Positions 44,984 through 53,826 of a stretch of DNA of 64,000 nt are shown here, piece by piece. Source of the DNA: a virus. The notes beneath the pieces were generated by a model that did not search any database, was not told where the DNA came from, and saw only the letters and a program-made list of their open reading frames with translations. Within the stretch, counting starts at the first letter, position 1; each line of letters begins with the position of its first letter. The stretch is taken from IMG/VR virus record IMGVR_UViG_3300049927_000072, positions 1 through 64,000 of that record, one strand, 5' to 3'. The translations under genes and the position numbers were made by a program.

Positions 44984-46392
44984 CAGCTTCATTCGTATCG
45001 GCCGGTGCTTTTACCAATTCCGCCGGAGCAACATCAAGCTCGCCTGCGCTGCCAGCCGGTTACACCGGGAGCGCGCTGCTTATTGCATATGTCGTCACTG
45101 CAAATGCGAAGACGATTGCTGTATCCGCCGGATGGACAAAAGGTCAAGCCGAGCCGTCCGGCGCAACTTTGCAAAAGTCATGTTGGGCGTGGCGCGTCGC
45201 CGACGGATCGGAAACGGCCTGCGTGTTCTCGTGGACGAGCAACACCGCGTGCGTATCCGGCTGTAATGCCTATACAGGCGCGCCCGCAACTTCGCCGATA
45301 GCAGGATCAGCGACCCCGGCTGACGGTACATCAAATCCGAACGTCGGTACTTATACGACAACTGTGGCAAACGCGCTGCTAGTAGAGATTGCACTTAGCC
45401 AAGCGGCGAACGTCACCATCACGGAAGCAAATACCGGCTGGTCAGCGGCAGACAGTTCTTTCAAAGCAGCATCGCGGCAATCGGTCTACACCTTCCACGA
45501 CATCGTTTCAACCTCTGGTACGGTTGTCAGTTTCGGCACAGGCGACGGGACAGGTTCGCAGAAAATCGATTTCGTTGTCGAACTGAAGGCCGACCTTGTT
45601 ACTGAGACTTCAACCATCGACATGACGTTCGCGGCTATGACGCAAGCGGCTACCGTGGCCGAAGCCGAACCATCGACAATCGGCATGACCCTTGCAAACA
45701 CTCTCTTGCAAGAGATCGACGCGTCGAATGATGGCCTTAATGTAACAATCGCCACGACGTTAGCGAATATCTCGCAAGAGATAGACGCGACTGAAGTCGT
45801 GACTGGCACAGTTGACCAAACTTTTCCGGTTATGCAAGAAGAGATCGATGTGGCCGACAGCCCCGATGCCAGCATTGGGATGACGCTCTCTGGCGCGCTG
45901 CAAGAACTGCTCATAACGACGGAGATCGTGATCGAGAGCATAGACCAGACGCTTCCGGGGGCGCTGCAAGAGTTACTAGCCGCGACGGAAGTTGAAATAA
46001 CGTCGGTAAATACAGTGCTTTTCTCGCTCTCGGATCAAGAGCTAGACGGGAGCGTCAGCGGCCCCGCTCGCATTACGCAGATACTGCCGGGCGTACTACA
46101 AGAGGTTTTCGCGGCTACCGAGATCGAGATCACGGCGTTGGATCAAGTGCTGCCGGGTTTGATTGTCCTCGACTTCGAGGCGGATCAATCGCCTCCGGTA
46201 GTTATAAGATCGAATATCCCGTTCGCCTTGTCGATGGATGTCGAAGCAATAATTGCTGACGACGCGCAGATCGACATGACCTTCGTGAGCATCTCTGCTC
46301 CGCCGGTGGGCATGCACGTTGACATGACGCTCGGCGGCTCGATCTCTTGCGCGAGCGGCGTGTCACGTTCCGGATGGTGGGCCGGAGAGTAA
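44980..46392 (+). CDS. putative fibre scaffold/adhesin: N-terminal beta domain plus about 11 repeats of ~21-22 aa
   Basis: Repeats I..TL....QE. Confidence 0.7.
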   Translation: MTASFVSAGAFTNSAGATSSSPALPAGYTGSALLIAYVVTANAKTIAVSAGWTKGQAEPSGATLQKSCWAWRVADGSETACVFSWTSNTACVSGCNAYTGAPATSPIAGSATPADGTSNPNVGTYTTTVANALLVEIALSQAANVTITEANTGWSAADSSFKAASRQSVYTFHDIVSTSGTVVSFGTGDGTGSQKIDFVVELKADLVTETSTIDMTFAAMTQAATVAEAEPSTIGMTLANTLLQEIDASNDGLNVTIATTLANISQEIDATEVVTGTVDQTFPVMQEEIDVADSPDASIGMTLSGALQELLITTEIVIESIDQTLPGALQELLAATEVEITSVNTVLFSLSDQELDGSVSGPARITQILPGVLQEVFAATEIEITALDQVLPGLIVLDFEADQSPPVVIRSNIPFALSMDVEAIIADDAQIDMTFVSISAPPVGMHVDMTLGGSISCASGVSRSGWWAGE

Positions 46393-46452
46393 ACACCCGT
46401 TGCGAATTTCTGAAACCGACGATAAAACGCCAAGCTCAATTAGGGGGACATC

Positions 46453-46887
46453 ATGACAGCCGCACCACAATACAGCGAAGCCGCAGCACAGGCGGCCCTT
46501 GACGCACTTCTCGCCAAACTCAATGTCGGCGGTGCGGGCGTGATCAAAATTTTCGACGGCACCATCCCGGCCAACTGCGAAGCCGCAGATGCTGGTACCC
46601 GGCTCGCCACGTTGACGCTCAGTGCAACGGCATTCCCATCTTCAGCGACAAATGCCTCGCCGCGCGGTGCGAAAGCAACTGCAAGCGCAATTACGTCGGA
46701 TACCAACGCCGCAGCCACGGGCACCGCTCAGTATTTTCGGGCCTATGATCACACTGGCACCACGTGCGTCATTCAAGGCAATTGCGGCACTTCTAGCGCC
46801 GACATGATCCTGAATACCACATCCATCGCGTCCGGCTCGACCGTCTCGTGCTCGTCGTGGACGGTAACGCTCCCGGACGGCGGCTAA
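46453..46887 (+). CDS. putative fibre subunit (paralog of 62650)
   Basis: GGAG..KI, D..AA..GTA, TS.AD..L; own promoter at 46396. Confidence 0.75.
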   Translation: MTAAPQYSEAAAQAALDALLAKLNVGGAGVIKIFDGTIPANCEAADAGTRLATLTLSATAFPSSATNASPRGAKATASAITSDTNAAATGTAQYFRAYDHTGTTCVIQGNCGTSSADMILNTTSIASGSTVSCSSWTVTLPDGG

Positions 46888-46959
46888 TAAGAACACCCGT
46901 TGCGAGTTGCAAAGGCGCGGGCACAATGTCCGCGCCTTTTTGTTAGGGGGTTGAGAAAA

Positions 46960-47247
46960 ATGTACAAAGTTATTTTGGTCCTCGTGCATATAACTCTTGG
47001 GCCTGCGACTGTCGGGTCTCCGTCCGATCAAACGTTTGCGACGAAAGCAGAATGTATCGCGGGCATCTCGGGCGAAGTCGAGCGCGCTCAGATAATAATC
47101 GACACCGATATGCGTTTGGAAAAAGAAACAATGAAAGTTGTAGGCGGCCGATGTTTTTCGCTCGACGAGATCAATCAAATGTCAGGCGGCAAGAGTGCTG
47201 AAAATTTTCTTTTCAAATTGCCGGTTGCTCAGAATAATTTCGCGTGA
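46960..47247 (+). CDS. small secreted/membrane protein, moron-like
   Basis: Hydrophobic N-terminus, F.TK.EC; own promoter. Confidence 0.6.
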   Translation: MYKVILVLVHITLGPATVGSPSDQTFATKAECIAGISGEVERAQIIIDTDMRLEKETMKVVGGRCFSLDEINQMSGGKSAENFLFKLPVAQNNFA

Positions 47248-47389
47248 TAATTCTGCGAACACAATGAGTGATCCCCGCACTTGAGAGAGCGATGACGCGA
47301 TCTCGTTCGGGCTTTCATCAACGCCAGTTCTCCGACATGGGTCGGCGACGGATCAATTTTTTCGTAGCCAAAACCCAAGGGGAACGCAC

Positions 47390-48487
47390 ATGACTACCGT
47401 CTCCACCACCATTTCTGACGTTATCGTCCCGTCAGTCTTTACGCCCTACACTCAGCAACTTACGATGGAAAAGACTGCTCTTATCCAGAGCGGCATCGCT
47501 TCGCGCGATGATTTCCTCGACAAGCTGCTCGCGGGCGGGGGCCTGACCTTCACCGTTCCGTCATGGCAGGACATCGGCGATCCCGCCGAAAACGTGTCCA
47601 GCGATGACCCGGACACTCTCTCTACCCCGAACAAGACGCAGGCTTCGGCCGAAGTCGCGGTGCGCCTCTCGCGTAACGCCTCTTGGAGCACGATGCGTCT
47701 CGCCACGGCCCTTGCCGGTGCCGACCCGATGCAGTCAATTGCATCGCGCGTCTCCGACTACTGGGTCCGTCGCCTTCAGCGCGCCTTCGTGGCGGTTGCT
47801 AACGGCGTGTTCGCGGACAACGCTCAAGCCGATCCGACCAATGGTCGCTCTGGCAACGTCGGCCTGACTGCCGCTTATGGCACGCAGAATGACTTGACGC
47901 ACTCGATCATCGGTGGCTCGTTCTCCGATGGCGTGACAAACTTCTCGGCTGCGGCGTTCATTGACACCGCAACCCTGCTCGGCGACGCGGCCGAAGACGT
48001 GACGGCAGTTGTAATGCACTCGGTTGTTTACAGCCGTGCGCAAAAGAACAACCTGATCGACTTCATCCCGGACAGCGAAGGGAAAATCAACATCCCGACG
48101 TTCCTTGGACGGCGCGTGATCGTTGACGACGGCATGCCTAACCCGGCTGGCGACAGCGGAAACGGTGCGCAGACTGCTTCGGGCATCTATCACACTTGGC
48201 TTGTTGGCCCGGGCGCGTTCCGCCTCGGCGTCGGCACCCCGGTTGTGCCTACCGAAGTGTTCCGCTACCCGGATCGCGGCAACGGCGCTGGATCGGACAT
48301 CCTCTATAACCGTGTCGAGTGGTCTATCCACCCGGTCGGCCACGCCTACATCGGAACGCCTTCAACCGAAGGTGGCCCGACGAACGCTTCGACGAGCAAC
48401 AACCTCGCCGCTGCGGCTTCGTGGGTCCGTGTGTTCCCCGAGCGCAAGCAAATCAAGCTTGCTCGGCTAATCACTCGCGAGAGCTAG
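47390..48487 (+). CDS. major capsid protein (HK97 fold, YuA-like)
   Basis: T.ISDVIVP.VFTPY, L.G.DPM..IA.RV..YW, MHS.VY, TFLGRRVIVDD. Confidence 0.92.
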   Translation: MTTVSTTISDVIVPSVFTPYTQQLTMEKTALIQSGIASRDDFLDKLLAGGGLTFTVPSWQDIGDPAENVSSDDPDTLSTPNKTQASAEVAVRLSRNASWSTMRLATALAGADPMQSIASRVSDYWVRRLQRAFVAVANGVFADNAQADPTNGRSGNVGLTAAYGTQNDLTHSIIGGSFSDGVTNFSAAAFIDTATLLGDAAEDVTAVVMHSVVYSRAQKNNLIDFIPDSEGKINIPTFLGRRVIVDDGMPNPAGDSGNGAQTASGIYHTWLVGPGAFRLGVGTPVVPTEVFRYPDRGNGAGSDILYNRVEWSIHPVGHAYIGTPSTEGGPTNASTSNNLAAAASWVRVFPERKQIKLARLITRES

Positions 48488-48512
48488 ACCTCTCACGGCT
48501 GAAAACTGAAAC

Positions 48513-48547
48513 AGGGGCGCGAGGTATAAGCCTCGCGCCCCTCTTGC
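48513..48547 (+). terminator. hairpin after MCP
   Basis: AGGGGCGCGAGG-TATAAG-CCTCGCGCCCCT. Confidence 0.65.
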
Positions 48548-48563
48548 TGAAAGGGATCGGAAC

Positions 48564-48797
48564 ATGGCTTATGTATTCAAAGGCGCGTCGCCTCAATCGC
48601 ACGCAAAGCACAAGCGGTATGCGCAAGCCTCGCGCCACCGTAACTCGCAGAACTTCAACGCCTTCCTTGGCGTGCAGGCCGCGCGCTTGAGCACCACGGC
48701 GGCGAATATTTTCGCTCTCTTTGCCGCGAAAAAGCGCATTGCAGAACAAATTCAAGTTGCGACCAGCTACTCCGCTTCGGACGTGCACGGCTTCTAA
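48564..48797 (+). CDS. small basic protein
   Basis: ORF with SD. Confidence 0.6.
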   Translation: MAYVFKGASPQSHAKHKRYAQASRHRNSQNFNAFLGVQAARLSTTAANIFALFAAKKRIAEQIQVATSYSASDVHGF

Positions 48798-48935
48798 TCG
48801 GAAGGATTGAAGCAAGGTGCGGCCCAGAGGGGGGACTTCCGGACGTACTAAGCTTTGATCTAACCGACCCGGCGGAGCGGTTGAAAGCCGCTCCGCCACC
48901 ATCTCTCGCCCCCTCTATGATGAAAGGAAAATACC

Positions 48936-49580
48936 ATGTCTAACCAGTACGCCGAAAAAATCACCGAAGCGCTCGCGAAACTTGACACCCAAAATCCAGA
49001 CCATTGGACAGACGACGGGCTTCCTGTAACCCGCGTTGTGCAGATGCTCGCGGGCGAGCCCGCGATCAAGCGTTCAGACTTGAACGAAGTCGCTCCGGGA
49101 TTTTCGCGCGATAGTGTAGACGGTGCGGGCCTCGGAGTTGATGGCGGCACCGTGCTCGAAGCAGCAACGCCTATCGAGCCGCTTGGCCCGTCGATTGATC
49201 CAGTGACCGGTCTGACGACCACTCTCGCCGTGAGCAATCCGTCTGACATGCCAGACGAGACCAAAGCTGAGTTTCAGGCAGCGTTCGAAGATGCCGATCA
49301 AGCGCTCGTCGATGCCCGGAAAGCGACCGTTGATGCGCGGACGGCAGAGCAAAAAGCGCAGAAGGCGCGAGATGCAGCCCTTATCAAGATGAACGCTGCT
49401 TTCCCGCCACTGACTGCGGCTGAGAATATCCAGCAATACCTCAAGCACGAAAACGAACAGCGGGCCAAGAAGTTTGGCGCGCTCGGGGTTTACGCGCAGA
49501 GCCAACTCGATCAGGTCATGGGTGCACGGCGCGGACGGCATAACACGCGCCCGCAACGTGGGCAGACTGTCGCAAGGTAA
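48936..49580 (+). CDS. head-associated protein (LD..NPDHWT.DGLP domain)
   Basis: Motif; position after MCP. Confidence 0.7.
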   Translation: MSNQYAEKITEALAKLDTQNPDHWTDDGLPVTRVVQMLAGEPAIKRSDLNEVAPGFSRDSVDGAGLGVDGGTVLEAATPIEPLGPSIDPVTGLTTTLAVSNPSDMPDETKAEFQAAFEDADQALVDARKATVDARTAEQKAQKARDAALIKMNAAFPPLTAAENIQQYLKHENEQRAKKFGALGVYAQSQLDQVMGARRGRHNTRPQRGQTVAR

Positions 49581-49583
49581 AAT

Positions 49584-50027
49584 ATGGGCAACCCATTCGA
49601 GACATTTGCAAAAAGAACGGGGCCGCAAAACGCGGCCCTGTTTTACGCAAGCAAGCGCAACTACGCGGCGCGAGATGCCACGGCTGTGACCGACCCGACT
49701 TCGCTTGCGAGAGGCTCGATCTCGTTTTCCGGACAACCGGGCAATTCCGACACTGTCACGCTTGGCGGGACGGTTGTAACGTTTGGCTCGGGTCACAACG
49801 TTGCCATCGGCGCAACGCTTGCTGCAACGCTCGTGACGCTGGCTGCGTTTCTGAACGCGAGCGCCGACGTGAATATCTCGAAGTGCACATACACTGTAAC
49901 CGATGCAGCCCTGCAAATAGCCTATAAAACGCCGGGTGTTGCGACCTTCACATTGGCCGCGTCGGCCGCGACACGCTCGGCTGCGACGCTGGCTCTCGGC
50001 ACCATTCACGCGAGGGTGGCACTATGA
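49584..50027 (+). CDS. virion structural protein
   Basis: DTVTLGG...IGATLAAT..L...LNAS module. Confidence 0.7.
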   Translation: MGNPFETFAKRTGPQNAALFYASKRNYAARDATAVTDPTSLARGSISFSGQPGNSDTVTLGGTVVTFGSGHNVAIGATLAATLVTLAAFLNASADVNISKCTYTVTDAALQIAYKTPGVATFTLAASAATRSAATLALGTIHARVAL

Positions 50028-50875
50028 TTGACCCAGTTTTCAGCGTGCAGGACGCCACCGGCTCCGTACAGCAACTTGAAATTGCGGATCATCCGACGAC
50101 CGAGATCGCCGCGGGCGATACCGGTACGCTTGCAGATATCCTGTTTACGGTCACGGATGTCGTGAGCACTGTGCAGTTCAGCGTTTCGACGAATGGTGAA
50201 GATACTGACTTCCCGGCCACTGGTACGATCACGTGGCTAACCGGCGCGAACGCCACGACCACTTCAGACGTGATCGAGAAAGATGGCGCAAACGCCTACA
50301 TGACGGTGGCTCAGTTCAAGGCGTATCACGATGCGCGCGGAAATTCCTATGCGGGCAGCCCGGAAGAGGCCGTTCGGTTCGCCATTGTCAAGGCGACGGA
50401 CTATCTCGATCAAAAGTACCGCTATAAAGGGGTCAAGAAGGTCTCCGTAATTGCGAACCTCGTGGACCCGAACCTCGCGTTTATCGACCCTTTCCTGTCA
50501 CCATTCGGCGTTGGCACGATCCCGTTTCTGTCGTCGAGCACTTCTTCGCAGTCGACAGAGTGGCCGCGGCAAGGCGTGACAGACAATAACGGCAATTTGG
50601 TTGTCGGCATCCCGAAGCAAATCATATGGGCGTGCGCAGAACTAGCGAACCGCGTGCTCAATGATACCGATTTGCAGCCGGACTACGATGGCGATCTCAT
50701 AAATAACGGCGGCGTTGTGCAGGCGATCAGCGAAGAAGTCGGACCGATAAAAACGAGCAGAACATTTGACACTCGGCTCGGTCTCGGATTTTTTCCATCG
50801 TTCCCGCACATCGACAGGATGTTGGCGAAAGCCGGTATCTTGATGGCGGGCGGCGGACGAACTGTTCTCCGATAA
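50024..50875 (+). CDS. head-tail adaptor (DnaT-like domain) with N-terminal insertion
   Basis: ANAY.TV..F.AYH..RG, ATDYLD, EWPR, IP..I..AC.ELA, VGPI. Confidence 0.8.
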   Translation: MIDPVFSVQDATGSVQQLEIADHPTTEIAAGDTGTLADILFTVTDVVSTVQFSVSTNGEDTDFPATGTITWLTGANATTTSDVIEKDGANAYMTVAQFKAYHDARGNSYAGSPEEAVRFAIVKATDYLDQKYRYKGVKKVSVIANLVDPNLAFIDPFLSPFGVGTIPFLSSSTSSQSTEWPRQGVTDNNGNLVVGIPKQIIWACAELANRVLNDTDLQPDYDGDLINNGGVVQAISEEVGPIKTSRTFDTRLGLGFFPSFPHIDRMLAKAGILMAGGGRTVLR

Positions 50876-50908
50876 TTGCCGGTTGCCACGACGACGGGGA
50901 TTTGTAAT

Positions 50909-51265
50909 ATGGCCGCGAAATTCGACTACCTCGGTTCACGTGCAACCGCTGACAGGCTGATAAAGAAATTCGGCATGCGGGCGGTTTTGCGTCGAGGCAC
51001 AACGGATCGCGAATGCTTCGTCGTCATAGTTGACTACGAGCCAAGCGATAAGCAGGCGATGCTTGCGAACCCGACGGATCGGAAAGTTGTTATGTCCGCT
51101 GTCGGTCTCGAAAGTCAACCGCCTGATAATGAGCAGGATATGCTCGTGACCTTTGTGCAACCGGCCGGAGTAGTCGAGCACGAGTTGCTGCCTTTCACGT
51201 GTCCCGTGAAACCGACAGCGCCAGCGGGCGTCGTTGCAGTGTACGAATTTACGGTGCGCCGATGA
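50909..51265 (+). CDS. head closure protein
   Basis: FDY....TA.RLI.KFG; PAG....Y. Confidence 0.75.
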   Translation: MAAKFDYLGSRATADRLIKKFGMRAVLRRGTTDRECFVVIVDYEPSDKQAMLANPTDRKVVMSAVGLESQPPDNEQDMLVTFVQPAGVVEHELLPFTCPVKPTAPAGVVAVYEFTVRR

Positions 51266-51771
51266 CTGCGAACAAAGATAGGCGACAAGAGATTTTGACG
51301 AGGCTCGATACGCTCCTAAGTGGGCTAACGATCACTCTGTCGACGGGAGCGATACCGGCGGGCAGCTTTGTCCACAACCGGAATGAACTCCCAAAAGATT
51401 TGGTACCGGGCATCATCTTGCTCGATGCTGACGAAGTGCAAGACCCCCGGGGCATCAGGCTTCCGGACGGTCGCCAGCTTCCGATGGGCATCCAGCTTAT
51501 GAAAATGACCCCGGAGATTTATGTGGTGCTCGACGTGCGCAAGCCGAAGAACATCGACGTAGGGGAAGACTTGAACACCGCGCGAGCCGCAATTCTCGCC
51601 GCAATATTTATCGATGCCGAACTACGCGCTATCTGTGGTTCGAACGGGGGGATTACTTACGACGGATGCGTGACAGACTTGGCGCGCAACCGAACGATGC
51701 AAGGCCAACTCGGATTGAGCATTTCTTTCACGTACATGCTCTCCCCGACGGAACTACAGACGAACGCGTGA
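51262..51771 (+). CDS. tail terminator protein
   Basis: R..IL, P.I.LLD.DE; position before tail tube. Confidence 0.65.
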   Translation: MTANKDRRQEILTRLDTLLSGLTITLSTGAIPAGSFVHNRNELPKDLVPGIILLDADEVQDPRGIRLPDGRQLPMGIQLMKMTPEIYVVLDVRKPKNIDVGEDLNTARAAILAAIFIDAELRAICGSNGGITYDGCVTDLARNRTMQGQLGLSISFTYMLSPTELQTNA

Positions 51772-51795
51772 TTTTAATTTCAGGGGGAGACACCA

Positions 51796-52356
51796 ATGCC
51801 CGGCCAATTCAACGTAGAGGGTTCGCTACTCAGCCCGAACATCGGCAACTATTACATCGGCAAAGGCTTGGTTTCTGTCAAGCTGCTCGGTGAGACCGAT
51901 TTTACCGAGTGCGGCAACTGCCCGACATTCGAGTTCATGGCGAAGGTGACACAACTCGATCACTTTTCCAGCATGACCGGCGTCAAGGTGAAAGATTTCA
52001 CCGCTGTGACGGAAATTTCTGGCACGCTGACGATGGTACTCGAAGAGTACACCGCGCGCAACGTCGGCTTCGCCCTACTTGGTATCCCGAGCGGCGGCCC
52101 ATCGCCAGCGTCAGATACCATTGACATTTTCTCCGATCCCGTAATTTACGGTGCGGTGAAATTCGTCGGCGCGAATGACATCGGCCCAGTGTGGACGGTT
52201 CAGTTCCCTCTCGTGAAACTTTCGCCGAACAAGGCGCTCAGCCTGATCGGTAACACGTGGGGCACCATCGATCTCGAAGGTGATGTGCTGTTCGACCAAG
52301 CTTCTGGCGGGTTCGGCACGGCTGTCGTGTCACTGCCGGAAAGCCCGACCAGCTAA
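51796..52356 (+). CDS. major tail tube protein
   Basis: NYYIGKG, GNCP.FEF, DHFSS..GV..KD, F.G.N..GP. Confidence 0.85.
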   Translation: MPGQFNVEGSLLSPNIGNYYIGKGLVSVKLLGETDFTECGNCPTFEFMAKVTQLDHFSSMTGVKVKDFTAVTEISGTLTMVLEEYTARNVGFALLGIPSGGPSPASDTIDIFSDPVIYGAVKFVGANDIGPVWTVQFPLVKLSPNKALSLIGNTWGTIDLEGDVLFDQASGGFGTAVVSLPESPTS

Positions 52357-52366
52357 TTGCTCTCAA

Positions 52367-52398
52367 GCGTCGGCGCGCAAGCGCCGACGCGCTCTTTT
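52367..52398 (+). terminator. intrinsic terminator
   Basis: GCGTCGGCGC-GCAA-GCGCCGACGC plus T-run. Confidence 0.7.
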
Positions 52399-52421
52399 CC
52401 CTGAAAAAGTGAGGCTGACCC

Positions 52422-52649
52422 ATGCGCGAGGAATTTCTCGTCGAGGAAAAGACCTCGTCCGGCGTTCACCCCTTTCCCGTGAGACGCCCGCGCGCAGCAC
52501 CAGTGGCCGTGCAAGTGCAACACCCTAGCAACCCAAATATCCTGCGCGGTATTCAGAGCGCGCCAGAAAATCATCCCGACACTCCGGCCGCGCACAAAGT
52601 TGCCGAGCCGGAACCATCACGAACGGGGCTAAAAGCAGATAGCCCATAA
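52422..52649 (+). CDS. small Pro-rich hypothetical protein
   Basis: GAGG SD. Confidence 0.5.
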   Translation: MREEFLVEEKTSSGVHPFPVRRPRAAPVAVQVQHPSNPNILRGIQSAPENHPDTPAAHKVAEPEPSRTGLKADSP

Positions 52650-52665
52650 CACAGAGGAAGTCCCC

Positions 52666-53145
52666 ATGAGCCAAGGTTTAAGTCTACTCGACATCGCACC
52701 AGCGAGCGAGAACGTGCTGATAAGCACGGATACTTCGTTGGCAGTCTACGGAATTTCAGTGAGGGATATCATCGCGCTCCTTCAACGTTTTCCGGAAGCG
52801 CAACAGTGGATCAGCGGCGGCAAGTTGGATACGGCACACTTTATCCAGACAGCGCCGAACGCAATTGCGGCAGTGATCGCCGCCGGTTGTAAAAAGTTTG
52901 GAAACGAAGAAGCAGAGGCACGAGCGGCAGAACTCACTATCGAGACACAACTCGACATTCTCGAAGCGGTCAGTCGATTGACGTTTAGGAGTGGTTTCGG
53001 CCCTTTCGTGCAACGGATAACCGGGGCCGCAAATCTCGCGGCAGCGCTATCCGGAAACTCTGGAAAGGCCCCGGATACGAACTCGCCGCAAGTGTCGACG
53101 CCCTTGCCGCAGACTGGGGCGGACCCGGACAAGTCTGGGAACTGA
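52666..53145 (+). CDS. tail assembly chaperone (gpG-like)
   Basis: Position; contains slippery site. Confidence 0.8.
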   Translation: MSQGLSLLDIAPASENVLISTDTSLAVYGISVRDIIALLQRFPEAQQWISGGKLDTAHFIQTAPNAIAAVIAAGCKKFGNEEAEARAAELTIETQLDILEAVSRLTFRSGFGPFVQRITGAANLAAALSGNSGKAPDTNSPQVSTPLPQTGADPDKSGN

Positions 53146-53294
53146 CGCCAGCCCAGATTAACGCTTTTCTGTTTCTGGCCGAGCGTCGGCACGAGCGCGA
53201 ACTGCACGCCCAGTTGGCAACGCAATCTCTCGCAGCAAGTGGTGATGGGAAGCAGATACAAAAGCAGTTGGATAGTTGGGAGCGCGATCAGTGA
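53001..53294 (+). CDS. -1 frameshift extension of tail assembly chaperone (gpGT-like)
   Basis: C CCT TTC at 53001-53007; -1 frame open to TGA 53294, containing VWELTPAQI. Confidence 0.75.
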   Translation, partial: PFRATDNRGRKSRGSAIRKLWKGPGYELAASVDALAADWGGPGQVWELTPAQINAFLFLAERRHERELHAQLATQSLAASGDGKQIQKQLDSWERDQ

Positions 53295-53824
53295 TCCGTA
53301 TAGAAGTCAGGCGAGTAAGCGGCGACATCAAAAAGAATATGGCGTACGTGCGCGACCGTATGAACAAAGCCATCACGGCTTCTGCAAACATGCTCACGTC
53401 AATGATGCGCGATCAATTCAAGGCAAACATCGCTTCGTCCGATGGCAAACTTGGCACTTTGTCGGAAGGTCTGACCGTTGTCTGCACCACGAGTGACCTG
53501 CGCGCGACAATCGAAACGTTCCATGATCGCCCTTACGCTGGTATTTTCGAAGAGGGTGGCCAGATAACTGGCGACCTCTTGTGGGTGCCACTAAGCGGCA
53601 CCGATGCGGAAGGGGTGCAGCCGAAAGAATATCCGGGCGGTCTGTTCTCGATCAAGCGCGAGAGTAGCGGACGGCCGCTCTTATTCAGTATAGCAGATAA
53701 AAAGCCAAAATATTTCGGCATCGAGGCTGTGACCATTCCCCCCAAGTGGAATTTACGAGGCATCCAAGCGAGTGTTCTCGCGAACTATCGCGAGCTTTAT
53801 GATGCCGCATATAAGAGTGCATAA
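53291..53824 (+). CDS. neck/tail-completion-like protein (HK97 gp10-like, tentative)
   Basis: PYA.IFEEGG.I, LWVPL; GTGA-coupled. Confidence 0.65.
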   Translation: MIRIEVRRVSGDIKKNMAYVRDRMNKAITASANMLTSMMRDQFKANIASSDGKLGTLSEGLTVVCTTSDLRATIETFHDRPYAGIFEEGGQITGDLLWVPLSGTDAEGVQPKEYPGGLFSIKRESSGRPLLFSIADKKPKYFGIEAVTIPPKWNLRGIQASVLANYRELYDAAYKSA

Positions 53825-53826
53825 CC

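Noticed and set aside
48502-48530. Promoter with TATAAG -10 in the MCP hairpin loop
   Set aside because: No -35 or late motif at the right spacing.
49074-50009. Long antisense ORFs (also 2099-2779, 6108-6803, 40287-40964, 41967-42662, 59260-60018)
   Set aside because: They shadow well-supported genes in GC-rich DNA and show no motifs.
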